Positions 25,030 through 34,567 of a stretch of DNA of 64,000 bases are shown piece after piece (the stretch's first letter is position 1; every line of letters starts with the position of its first letter). The notes beneath the pieces were generated by a model. The model made no database searches, had not been told where the DNA came from, and saw only the letters and a program-made list of their open reading frames with translations. The position numbers were made by a program, and so were the translations under genes. This DNA comes from Pseudomonadota bacterium (GTDB lineage Bacteria; Pseudomonadota; Alphaproteobacteria; Sphingomonadales; Sphingomonadaceae), in NCBI GenBank assembly GCA_023457895.1, contig JAEXAY010000012.1, positions 2,512 to 66,511 on the forward strand, in the 5' to 3' direction.

Positions 25030-26199
25030 TCAGTTGCGCGGAACCTGCAGCAAATTGGCGCAGACGTCCGGTCCCGCGCCGCTGCCATCACGGAAGCTGC
25101 TGACATTGACGTCGGCGACGCGCTGTACGCCGTTGGGATCGGGGATCAGCACGTAGCGCACGTCGCACTGCTTGTAGACGCCTTCGACCCACTGCTGACT
25201 GGTAAAGACGCGGGTTACCAGCACGCGGTTGTCATAAGACTGGCCATAGGACAGGAAACGGATCCCGCCTGCCTCCTGTATTGCAGGTGGCCCCATCGCC
25301 GCGACCACATCATGCTCGGTCTTGCCCTGCCACACGTAAAGCAGTGAACGTTCCGTTTTCGAAACCTTGCGGCTGCCGCGTAGTTTTGCGGCCGCGCTGT
25401 CAAACCCCGAGCGCGTCTGATGTTCATTGATGATGCCCATCGCCATCGCCTTGGTGGATTCCATCCGGGCCAGCAAGGCTGCCTGGTTCTTTTCATATTC
25501 GGCCTGCTCGGCGGGCGTGAGCTTGCGGCTCGCCATGATGGTCGGCTTGGGAACGTCGTTCCACAGATTGTCCCAAGTGAACTCGGCCGTTTTCCACCAG
25601 GCCATTCCGAGCGGGACCAACATGGCGTGGCCGAGGCCCAAGGGCGTCAGATTGCTGGTCAGTAGCTTCGGATCGAGCATCCCGTCCGGCTTTACAGAAG
25701 CAGCCTGAGCGTGGTTGATTTCGATGGATTGGCAGGCGACGCGATACGCACTGAGGATCGGAAAACTCGAACCCTTCTGCCAGCCGGTCGGCTGAAGATC
25801 GTCGATCACATCCTTGTTCTTGAGACGATTGAGGCCCTTGACCATGCGGAACTCCACCTCGCTGGCTTCCGGGAATTTCCACTTGTCGTTCTTCTTGAGG
25901 CCATATTGCTTGCGGACGTCAGCGTTCAAGCCATTAGGGCATTTGAACTGGAGGTCCATCGCGGTCCAATAGGGCTTGTCCGGCGCCTCATAGACCATGA
26001 TCATCTCAAGTTCCATGATTCTGTCCGGACCAAACAGCGCGTCGCCGACCGGCGTTGCATCTCTCGCGCTTTCATCGACAAAGACGTTGATGCGGTTTGG
26101 CGGCACTCCCTGCAGATCGATTACGAACTTGTTCGCAGCGCCGGGAGTAGCGCTCAATGCCGTCATCGCTGCGCCAGCAAGCAAATATCGTTTCAACAT
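25030..26199 (-). CDS. Hypothetical secreted protein (389 aa)
   Basis: Has a signal peptide (MLKRYLLAGAAMTALSATPGAA) and coding-like composition. I recognise no family. Confidence 0.7.
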   Translation of the reverse strand: MLKRYLLAGAAMTALSATPGAANKFVIDLQGVPPNRINVFVDESARDATPVGDALFGPDRIMELEMIMVYEAPDKPYWTAMDLQFKCPNGLNADVRKQYGLKKNDKWKFPEASEVEFRMVKGLNRLKNKDVIDDLQPTGWQKGSSFPILSAYRVACQSIEINHAQAASVKPDGMLDPKLLTSNLTPLGLGHAMLVPLGMAWWKTAEFTWDNLWNDVPKPTIMASRKLTPAEQAEYEKNQAALLARMESTKAMAMGIINEHQTRSGFDSAAAKLRGSRKVSKTERSLLYVWQGKTEHDVVAAMGPPAIQEAGGIRFLSYGQSYDNRVLVTRVFTSQQWVEGVYKQCDVRYVLIPDPNGVQRVADVNVSSFRDGSGAGPDVCANLLQVPRN

Positions 26200-26366
26200 G
26201 GATCCCCCAACTTGTCCGGAGCGGATTCTGCCAGCACCATCGCCAAAGTCAATCAGGTAAACTCACATCCGCGAGGGGCCTAGACTGCAGCTGCTGCGCA
26301 TAAGCCCAGCGGCTTGCTTGCCCATGTTGCGGCTGGTGGGCTGATCGATCGGCGCGGGGCGCGGGA

Positions 26367-28037
26367 TCACCCTGCCACCCCATTGGCGGCGCTCAAAATA
26401 GCCCGCACGCTCGCGGTGGCGACATCGGTGTCGAGGCCGCAACCGAACACGCTCCGGCCGTCCGGCGTGCGGCATTCGACAAAGGCGGCCGCCTGCACAT
26501 TGGAGCCCTGACCGACGGCATGTTCCGAATAGTCGACGATTTCGAGTTGCGGCCCGGTTGATCCGGCGAGCGCGGCGATGACCGAGGACATGAGGCCGTT
26601 GCCGCGACCCGAAACGCTGGTGGTTTCGCCTTCCACGCCAATCTTGCCGGCGAAGATGCGGTCCGTGCCGCTGTGCGTTTCCTGCCATTCTACCAGCGCA
26701 AAGCGGCCGTTCGGCTGGGCGATATAGGTGCGCTCGAACGCTTCCCAGATGTCGACCGCGTTGAGTTCGCGGCTGGTTTCATCCGCGAGATCCTGCACCA
26801 CATGGGAAAAGCTCGCCTGCATGCGCTTGGGCAGTTTGAGGCCCTTGTCCTGTTCGAGCACCCAGGCGACGCCGCCCTTGCCCGACTGCGAGTTGACGCG
26901 GATCACCGCCTCATAGCTGCGCCCGAGGTCGGCCGGGTCGATCGGCAGATAGGGCACTTCCCAATACTCGTCATTACGCTGCGCCTGCGCGGCAAAGCCC
27001 TTCTTGATCGCGTCCTGATGGCTGCCCGAAAAGGCGGTGAACACCAGTTCGCCCGCATAGGGGTGGCGCGGATGGACGGGGAGTTGGTTGCAATATTCGA
27101 CCGTGTGGATGATCTCGTCGATGTTCGAGAAATCGAGCCCCGGATCGACCCCTTGCGTGTACATGTTGAGCGCCACGGTAACGAGGTCGCAATTGCCGGT
27201 GCGCTCGCCATTGCCGAGCAGGCACCCCTCGACCCGGTCTGCGCCCGCCATCAGCCCCAGTTCCGCCGCCGCAACGCCGGTGCCGCGGTCGTTGTGCGGG
27301 TGAAGCGAGATGATCACGCTGTCGCGCTTCGGGATATTGCGGCCGAAATATTCGATCTGGTCGGCGTAGATGTTGGGCGTCGCCGCCTCGACCGTCGCCG
27401 GAAGGTTGAAGATGATTGGCTTTTCAGGCGTGGGTTGCAACACCTCCATCACCGCCTCGCAGACCTCGAGGCTGAAATCCAGTTCGGCGGTCGAGAAGGT
27501 CTCGGGCGAATATTCGAAATGCCAGTCGGTGTCCGGATAGCGCGCTGCTTCGTCACGCAGGATTTTCGCGCCCTCGATCGCGATCGCCTTGATTTCGGGT
27601 TTGTCCATGCCGAACACGATCTTGCGCCACGTGGGAGAGACCGCATTGTAGAGGTGGACGATGGCGCGGCGGGCGCCCTCCAGGCCGCGGAAGCTGGTTT
27701 CGATGAGATCGCGGCGCGACTGGGTCAGCACCTGCACGGTCACATCCTCGGGGATCCTGTTCTGGCGCACCAGACCGGAGATGAAGTCGAATTCGGTCGC
27801 GCCCGCGCTCGGGAAACCGACCTCGATTTCCTTGAGCCCGACCTTCACCAGCAGATCGAAGAAGCGCTGCTTCTTTTCTGCGTCCATCGGATCGATCAGC
27901 GCCTGATTGCCGTCGCGCATGTCGGTCGAAAGCCAGCGCGGCGCCTTGGTGATGGTTCGCGAGGGCCATTGCCGGTCGGCGATGGCGATTTGCGGAAACG
28001 GACGATATTTTTGCGAAGGGTCGCGGAGCATGGTCAT
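26367..28037 (-). CDS. leuA: 2-isopropylmalate synthase (long form with C-terminal regulatory domain)
   Basis: 556 aa. Has [15 protein letters not shown] and [11 protein letters not shown] catalytic-barrel motifs and a LeuA dimerisation/regulatory tail. Confidence 0.95.
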   Translation of the reverse strand: MTMLRDPSQKYRPFPQIAIADRQWPSRTITKAPRWLSTDMRDGNQALIDPMDAEKKQRFFDLLVKVGLKEIEVGFPSAGATEFDFISGLVRQNRIPEDVTVQVLTQSRRDLIETSFRGLEGARRAIVHLYNAVSPTWRKIVFGMDKPEIKAIAIEGAKILRDEAARYPDTDWHFEYSPETFSTAELDFSLEVCEAVMEVLQPTPEKPIIFNLPATVEAATPNIYADQIEYFGRNIPKRDSVIISLHPHNDRGTGVAAAELGLMAGADRVEGCLLGNGERTGNCDLVTVALNMYTQGVDPGLDFSNIDEIIHTVEYCNQLPVHPRHPYAGELVFTAFSGSHQDAIKKGFAAQAQRNDEYWEVPYLPIDPADLGRSYEAVIRVNSQSGKGGVAWVLEQDKGLKLPKRMQASFSHVVQDLADETSRELNAVDIWEAFERTYIAQPNGRFALVEWQETHSGTDRIFAGKIGVEGETTSVSGRGNGLMSSVIAALAGSTGPQLEIVDYSEHAVGQGSNVQAAAFVECRTPDGRSVFGCGLDTDVATASVRAILSAANGVAG

Positions 28038-28120
28038 CGAAATTCTTCTTCTGCTGAGGATTGCCGGGTGGGATAGTCAGCCCTTGGGCAGTGCGGCCGC
28101 CGTTCGGGGCAGCGCCAAAG

Positions 28121-28174
28121 TCACGCCCAAGGGCGTGTAAGTCGTAGCAGGAGAAGGGCGGAAGTGACCGTCAT
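28121..28174 (-). promoter_or_regulatory. Leucine-rich leader peptide ORF (17 codons) of a putative leuA attenuator
   Basis: ATG ACG GTC ACT TCC GCC CTT CTC CTG CTA CGA CTT ACA CGC CCT TGG GCG TGA translates to MTVTSALLLLRLTRPWA. It ends 83 nt upstream of the leuA ATG. Complementary 10-mers lie at 28124-28133 and 28080-28089. Confidence 0.6.
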
Positions 28175-28258
28175 GGGGTGGACGCCTAGACCGGAAGGAA
28201 CGGCTATGTCCACCCCAAAAGTTTCATCAGATGCGAAAATGCGGTTTCTATTGAAACA

Positions 28259-28918
28259 TTATTTCTCGAACGCCGCGACGATGTCGAGTGTAACTTCGTC
28301 GCCAACCATCGGGATCGCCATGGTCAGGCCAAAGTCGCTGCGCTTGATTTTCGCGGTGGCGTGGAAACCGATGTTGAGCTTCTTGTCCATCGGATTGATT
28401 GCCGCGCCGTTGAATTTCGCGTTCAGCACGACCGGTTTGGTGACACCGTTTAGGGTGAGATTGCCGGTAATCTGTGCGCGGTTGGCGGCCTTGTTCGCAA
28501 TCACGCGGGTCGAGACAAAGCGTGCATCCGCCGGATTGGCACCGAAAAAGTCGGGCTTCTTGCCATCCTCGGCAGGTTTCAGCAGATGCGCGGTCAGGCC
28601 TTCGCTGGCGGTCGTGACCTTGGAAACGGGGATGGTGACATCGACCTTGGTGGCGTTGAGATTGGCCGGATCAATCGTCAGCGATCCGGTGATATTGCCG
28701 AAAATGCCGAAATAGTCGGTCACGTTGAAATGATTGAGCCGCCAGCCGACCATGGTGTGATTATGATCGACGGTATAGGTTCCGGCGGCGACCATCTTGG
28801 CGGCGGGAGGAAGCGCAGCAGGTGCGCTGCGTGCGGGATTGGCGATCAGCGGAGTGACCGTGGGCGCGGCGGTGAGCGCGGGAAGAACAAGCGCTGCGGC
28901 GAGGATTTTGGCGTTCAT
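28259..28918 (-). CDS. YceI-family periplasmic (polyisoprenoid-binding-like) protein
   Basis: Has a signal peptide and the YceI-like pattern YTVDHNHTMVGWRLNHF .. GNLTLNGVTKPVVLNAKF. Confidence 0.85.
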   Translation of the reverse strand: MNAKILAAALVLPALTAAPTVTPLIANPARSAPAALPPAAKMVAAGTYTVDHNHTMVGWRLNHFNVTDYFGIFGNITGSLTIDPANLNATKVDVTIPVSKVTTASEGLTAHLLKPAEDGKKPDFFGANPADARFVSTRVIANKAANRAQITGNLTLNGVTKPVVLNAKFNGAAINPMDKKLNIGFHATAKIKRSDFGLTMAIPMVGDEVTLDIVAAFEK

Positions 28919-28990
28919 GGGGGAGGCTCCTTGTTGTTTTGATATCGTTCGATGTAGACAATGTTTGCTTCAATGGAAGGTTGCCAGCTG

Positions 28991-29479
28991 ATGGAAAATC
29001 CCGCTCACTCTCTTCGGATAATCGAATTTGACGATGACCGCGCGGTCGCATTCCATGACATCAACCGGGCATGGATCGAGGATATGTTTGTGCTCGAGGA
29101 GGTTGATCGCGACGTTCTGGAAAATCCGCGCGAACGCATCATCGAGCCCGGAGGCGCGATCCTGCTGGTTGAGGCGGAAAGGCGCGGCATTGTTGGCGCG
29201 GGCGCGCTCAAGAAGAGTGGGGAAGGCCAATATGAGCTCACCAAAATGGGTGTCACCGCGGAGGCGCGCGGTCTGAAGGCGGGCGAATATCTGCTCAAGG
29301 CGCTGATTGCGCGCGCCCAGGCGATGGGCGCGACCAAGCTTTATCTCCTCACTAACGCGAAATGCGAAGCTGCCGTACATCTCTATGAGAAGAACGGCTT
29401 TGTCCATGATGCCGCCATCATGCGCGATCATGGCAAAGGCTACGCGCGCTGCAATGTCGCGATGCGGTGGATGGGATGA
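28991..29479 (+). CDS. GNAT-family N-acetyltransferase
   Basis: Has the acetyl-CoA binding segment RGIVGAGAL..EARGLKAGEYLLKALIARAQAMGA. The start could also be 28961. Confidence 0.85.
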   Translation: MENPAHSLRIIEFDDDRAVAFHDINRAWIEDMFVLEEVDRDVLENPRERIIEPGGAILLVEAERRGIVGAGALKKSGEGQYELTKMGVTAEARGLKAGEYLLKALIARAQAMGATKLYLLTNAKCEAAVHLYEKNGFVHDAAIMRDHGKGYARCNVAMRWMG

Positions 29480-29487
29480 TCTAAAAA

Positions 29488-29572
29488 CCGGTGCCCGAGC
29501 TTGTCGAAGTGCGTCTATCGGAGGAGCAATCGCTCACGTTTAGACACGTCCTTCGACAGGCTCAGGACTTCG
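29488..29572. repeat. Imperfect-palindrome intergenic repeat, copy A
   Basis: The left arm GCCCGAGCTTGTCGAAGTGCGT is related to the reverse complement of the right arm ACGTCCTTCGACAGGCTCAGGAC. It lies between the convergent GNAT and metY genes. Confidence 0.65.
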
Positions 29573-29599
29573 TCTAAATAAAATCGTACTTGATCTGTT

Positions 29600-30877
29600 T
29601 CACCCCAAGGCCTGCTGCAAGTCGGCGATGATGTCGTCGATATGTTCGATGCCGACCGACAGGCGGATCACGTCGTCGCCGGCACCTGCTTCCTCGCGCG
29701 CGCCTTCTTCAAGCTGACGGTGGGTGGTGGAAGCCGGGTGGATGATGAGGCTGCGCACATCGCCCAAATTGGCGAGATGCGAATGGAGTTTGGTCTTTTT
29801 GACCAGTTCGATGCCCGCCGCATAGCCGCCCTTCAATCCGAAGGTGAACACCGCGCCTGCGCCCTTGGGCAAATACCGGTCGGCGAGCGCCTTGTACGGA
29901 TCGCCGTCGAGACCGGCATAGGATACCCAGCTTACCTGCGGCTGCTGCTGGAGCCATTGCGCGACCTTGAGTGCATTGGCGCAGTGGCGCTCCATCCGTA
30001 GCGCCAGCGTTTCGATCCCGGTCAGGATGAGAAAGGCGTTGAACGGCGAAAGGGCAGGGCCAAGATCGCGCAGACCGATGGCACGGCAGGCGACGATATA
30101 GGCGGCCGGCCCGAAGGCTTCGGTGAAGATCTTGCCATGATAGCTCGGATTGGGTTCGCTCAGGGCCGGATATTTGCCGTCCTTCGTCCAGTCGAACTTG
30201 CCGGAATCGACGATGATGCCGCCCAGCGAATTGCCGTGCCCGCCAAGGAACTTGCTTGCCGAATGCAGCACCAGATCGGCGCCATGCTCGATCGGGCGGC
30301 AGAGATAGGGCGTCGCCAGCGTATTGTCGACGAGGAGCGGCACGCCGGCCGCATGGGCCACCTCGGCAATCGCGGCGATATCGACCACAACTCCGCCGGG
30401 GTTTGCGACCGATTCGACAAACACCGCGCGGGTCTTGTCGTCGATTGCGGCGGAAACCGCCTTGGGATCGTCGTGATCGACGAAGCGCGCTTCCCAGCCC
30501 ATCTTGGCGAAACTGTGCGCCAGCTGGTTCAATGAGCCGCCATAAAGCTTCTTCGCCGCGACGATGTTGCAGCCGGGCTGCATAAGCGTGTGGAAGGCGA
30601 TGAGTTGAGCCGAATGGCCGCTCGCCAGCGCGAGACCCGCAATACCGCCTTCAAGCTGCGCGACGCGCTCTTCGAGCACACTCGTCGTCGGGTTCATCAG
30701 GCGGGTGTAGATATTGCCCCCGACCTCCAGATTGAACAACCCCGCCGCATGGTCGACGTCGTCGAACACATAGCTGTTGGTTTGATAAATCGGGGTGATC
30801 CGCGCCTTGGTGGCAGGATCGGGTGCTGCGCCAGCATGGACGGCAAGCGTTTCGATATGGGCGGGGGTTTGGGTCAT
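29600..30877 (-). CDS. metY: O-acetylhomoserine aminocarboxypropyltransferase (sulfhydrylase)
   Basis: Has [22 protein letters not shown] and the [19 protein letters not shown]-Lys motif. The start is set at MTQTPAH (30877). Confidence 0.92.
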   Translation of the reverse strand: MTQTPAHIETLAVHAGAAPDPATKARITPIYQTNSYVFDDVDHAAGLFNLEVGGNIYTRLMNPTTSVLEERVAQLEGGIAGLALASGHSAQLIAFHTLMQPGCNIVAAKKLYGGSLNQLAHSFAKMGWEARFVDHDDPKAVSAAIDDKTRAVFVESVANPGGVVVDIAAIAEVAHAAGVPLLVDNTLATPYLCRPIEHGADLVLHSASKFLGGHGNSLGGIIVDSGKFDWTKDGKYPALSEPNPSYHGKIFTEAFGPAAYIVACRAIGLRDLGPALSPFNAFLILTGIETLALRMERHCANALKVAQWLQQQPQVSWVSYAGLDGDPYKALADRYLPKGAGAVFTFGLKGGYAAGIELVKKTKLHSHLANLGDVRSLIIHPASTTHRQLEEGAREEAGAGDDVIRLSVGIEHIDDIIADLQQALG

Positions 30878-30900
30878 GCTTTGGGCTCCGGATAAAATGA

Positions 30901-30988
30901 CCGAAGCCCTGCGCCTGTCGAAGCGCGTCCATCGGCGAGGCACGTCCTCGCAGCAGTCAGGGCCTTCGAAAAGCGCAGGACTTCGGGC
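30901..30988. repeat. Imperfect-palindrome intergenic repeat, copy B (composite: left arm + extra right-arm-like module + right arm)
   Basis: The left arm is CCGAAGCCCTGCGCCTGTCGAAGCGCGT (30901-). The outer right arm is GGCCTTCGAAAAGCGCAGGACTTCGG (30961-). The inner module is CACGTCCTCGCAGCAGTCAGGG (30941-). Confidence 0.65.
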
Positions 30989-30992
30989 CTGA

Positions 30993-32048
<1,056 letters not shown>

Positions 32049-32082
32049 TTATGCCTATCGGTTACTTGTATTTCCTGTCGTC

Positions 32083-32164
32083 ATCCCCGGCTTGACCGGG
32101 GATCCATCTCCCGGAAGGCAGGTTTGCGATCAAAGTCCGAAGATGGATTCCCGCTTTCGCGGGA
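32083..32164. repeat. Two REP-like GC hairpins in the ilvH-ilvC spacer
   Basis: The hairpins are ATCCCCGG-CTTGA-CCGGGGAT (32083-32103) and TCCCGC-TTTC-GCGGGA (32149-32164). The second shares its core with the hairpin at 8718. Confidence 0.55.
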
Positions 32165-32183
32165 CTGACGGATGATAAATTTG

Positions 32184-32702
32184 CTACGCCCCCTCGGCCC
32201 CTCGCGCGATGGCGACGACGCCGGTGCGGGCGACCTCCACCAGGCCGCATTCGCGCATCAGCGCGACGAAGCTGTCGATTTTCTCGCTATTGCCGGTGAT
32301 TTCGAAGATGAAGCTGGCGATCGTGGTGTCGACCACCTTGGCGCGGAAAACATCGGCCATGCGCAGCGCCTCGATGCGTTTTTCACCGGTCCCCGCGACC
32401 TTGACCAGCGCCAGTTCGCGTTCGACATGCGCGCCGATTTCAGTGAGGTCGGTAACCTTGTGCACCGGCACCTGACGGTCGAGCTGGGCGATGATCTGGT
32501 CGATTACTTCGGGCGGGCCGTTGGTGACGATGGTGATACGCGACAGTGCATGATCGGCGCTGATGTCCGCCACCGTCAGGCTCTCGATATTATAGCCGCG
32601 CGCGGAAAACATCCCCGCTATCCGCGCGAGGATGCCGGCTTCATTGTCCACCATGATGGTGAGGACGTGGCGCTCGGTGATTTCCTGTTTGATTTTCATC
32701 AC
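32184..32702 (-). CDS. ilvH: Acetolactate synthase small (regulatory) subunit
   Basis: Has the ACT domain HVLTIMVDNEAGILARIAGMFSARGYNIESL. It overlaps the ilvI stop by 4 nt. Confidence 0.95.
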   Translation of the reverse strand: MMKIKQEITERHVLTIMVDNEAGILARIAGMFSARGYNIESLTVADISADHALSRITIVTNGPPEVIDQIIAQLDRQVPVHKVTDLTEIGAHVERELALVKVAGTGEKRIEALRMADVFRAKVVDTTIASFIFEITGNSEKIDSFVALMRECGLVEVARTGVVAIARGAEGA

Positions 32703-34465
32703 ACCAGCGCCTTTGCTTCATCGTCCATTTCGCCGGAAACCTCGGCGGCTTGCAGCAGCATTTCGGTATGCGCTGCCCCCGACGGGATCATCGGGAAGCA
32801 ATTGGCGAGCTTGGCCACGCGGCAATCGACCATCACCGGGCCGTCGGTCTCGATCATCTGCCGGATGCCCGTGGCGAGTTCGCCCATATTTTCGATGCGG
32901 ATGCCGGTCCAGCCATAGGCTTCCGCCAGCTTGACGAAATCGGGCAGGCTGTCCGAATAGCTGTTCGAATAGCGGCTCGAATAGGTAAGCTCCTGCCATT
33001 GGCGGACCATCCCCATATATTCATTGTTGAGGATGAAGATCTTGACCGGCAGGCGATATTGGGTTGCGGTCGCCATTTCCTGGATATTCATCTGGATCGA
33101 GGCTTCGCCCGCGATGCAGATCACAAGCGAATCCGGATTGGCCACCTGCGCGCCATTGGCCGCCGGAAAGCCGTAGCCCATCGTGCCGAGCCCACCACTC
33201 GTCAGCCATTTGTTGGGCTCTTCGAAATGGAAATGCTGCGCCGCCCACATCTGGTGCTGGCCCACCTCGGTGGTGACGATACACTTGCCGTCCTTGGCGT
33301 GGCCGCGCGTTGCCTCGAACAGCTGGCGGATCGCCTCTTGCGGCATGATTTCGGCATCGGCTCCGGCTGCTTGCGGGTAATCGAGGCAGCGGGTCTGACG
33401 CCAGCCCTCGATCCGCCGCCACCATTCGCCCTGATCGGTGCCGTTATGGCCTTTCGCCTTCCACTCTGCGATCATCGCGCGCATCGCATGGCCGACATCG
33501 GCCGTGACCGGCAGGTTGACATGGACATTCTTGTTGATCGACGAACGGTCGATATCGACATGGATCTTCTTGCTGTCGGGCGAGAAGGCATCGAGCCGGC
33601 CGGTCACGCGATCATCGAACCGTGCGCCGAGGCAGACGATGAGGTCGGCCTTGTTCATCGCCATATTGGCTTCGTAGGTGCCGTGCATACCCAGCATTCC
33701 GAGCCACTTGTCGGACGAGGCGGGGAAGGCGCCCAATCCCATCAGCGTCGAGGTCACCGGTGCGCCGGTGAGCGCGGCGAGTTCGCGCAGGGCTTCGCTT
33801 GCGTCCGGTCCCGAATTGACGATGCCGCCGCCGGTATAGAGGATCGGCCGTTCGGCCTTGCTCAGCATGTCGACGGCCTCGGCGATCGCGGCGGGGTCGG
33901 GCTCGATCTGCGGGCGATAGCTCTTATGCTCGATCTCGGCCGGGATTTCGTAAGTGCCGGTCGCGACCTGGACGTTCTTGGGAATGTCGATCACCACCGG
34001 GCCCGGTCGGCCATGCGTGGCGATGTAGAAGGCCTCATGCACGATCGCGCCGAGCTTGTTGGGGTCCTTAACCAGATAATTATGCTTGGTGCAGTGGCGG
34101 GTGATGCCGACCGTGTCGCATTCCTGGAATGCATCGGTGCCGATGAGCGTGGTCGGAACCTGTCCGCTGATGACCACCATCGGGATCGAATCGAGCAGCG
34201 CGTCGGTAATGCCGGTCACCGCATTGGTCGCGCCGGGGCCGGAGGTCACGAGCACCACGCCGGGCTTGCCGGTCGAGCGGGCATAGCCTTCGGCGGCATG
34301 GGTCGCGGCCTGTTCGTGGCGCACGAGGATATGCTTGATCTGGGGATGTTCGAACAGCACGTCATAGATCGGAAGCACCGCGCCGCCGGGGTAGCCGAAG
34401 ACGGTATCGACGCCGAGGTCGATCAGGGCTTCAATCAAAATTTCTGCGCCGCTGCGCTCGGTCAC
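32699..34465 (-). CDS. ilvI: Acetolactate synthase large (catalytic) subunit
   Basis: Has the ThDP enzyme motifs GYPGGAVLPIYD and GGLGTMGYGFPAANGAQ. It uses a GTG start with GGGAGAAG upstream. Confidence 0.95.
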   Translation of the reverse strand: MTERSGAEILIEALIDLGVDTVFGYPGGAVLPIYDVLFEHPQIKHILVRHEQAATHAAEGYARSTGKPGVVLVTSGPGATNAVTGITDALLDSIPMVVISGQVPTTLIGTDAFQECDTVGITRHCTKHNYLVKDPNKLGAIVHEAFYIATHGRPGPVVIDIPKNVQVATGTYEIPAEIEHKSYRPQIEPDPAAIAEAVDMLSKAERPILYTGGGIVNSGPDASEALRELAALTGAPVTSTLMGLGAFPASSDKWLGMLGMHGTYEANMAMNKADLIVCLGARFDDRVTGRLDAFSPDSKKIHVDIDRSSINKNVHVNLPVTADVGHAMRAMIAEWKAKGHNGTDQGEWWRRIEGWRQTRCLDYPQAAGADAEIMPQEAIRQLFEATRGHAKDGKCIVTTEVGQHQMWAAQHFHFEEPNKWLTSGGLGTMGYGFPAANGAQVANPDSLVICIAGEASIQMNIQEMATATQYRLPVKIFILNNEYMGMVRQWQELTYSSRYSNSYSDSLPDFVKLAEAYGWTGIRIENMGELATGIRQMIETDGPVMVDCRVAKLANCFPMIPSGAAHTEMLLQAAEVSGEMDDEAKALV

Positions 34466-34567
34466 TTGTCTTCTCCCGATGTTGGCAAGCCGCCACGAGT
34501 TACTGGGTCATAGCCAAAATGCCGCAGTGCAGCAACTTTTGGGTGGCGCGTGCCTAGATGGCAGATT

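Noticed and set aside
28175-28222. Hairpin GGGGTGGAC-N23-GTCCACCCC directly upstream of the leu leader ATG, considered as the terminator of the YceI-like gene
   Set aside because: No U-tract follows it on the transcribed strand. It may still matter, since it would occlude the leader start, but I cannot assign a function.
30878-30992. SAM-II or other methionine riboswitch upstream of metY (also checked 14188-14330 upstream of the other Cys/Met PLP gene)
   Set aside because: I could not find the conserved SAM-II core or pseudoknot pattern by eye, and the metY leader is filled by the palindromic repeat. This needs an Infernal/Rfam scan to be definitive.
32750-34513. 587-aa ORF antisense to ilvI. 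Similar long antisense ORFs occur at 26673-28076 (leuA), 36897-38336 (TonB receptor), 54388-55803 (glmS), 23124-24365 (oxidoreductase), 44205-45458 and 9410-10573.
   Set aside because: All lie opposite genes with clear catalytic motifs. Their products are Arg/Gly/Asp/His-rich, the high-GC frame -1 artefact.
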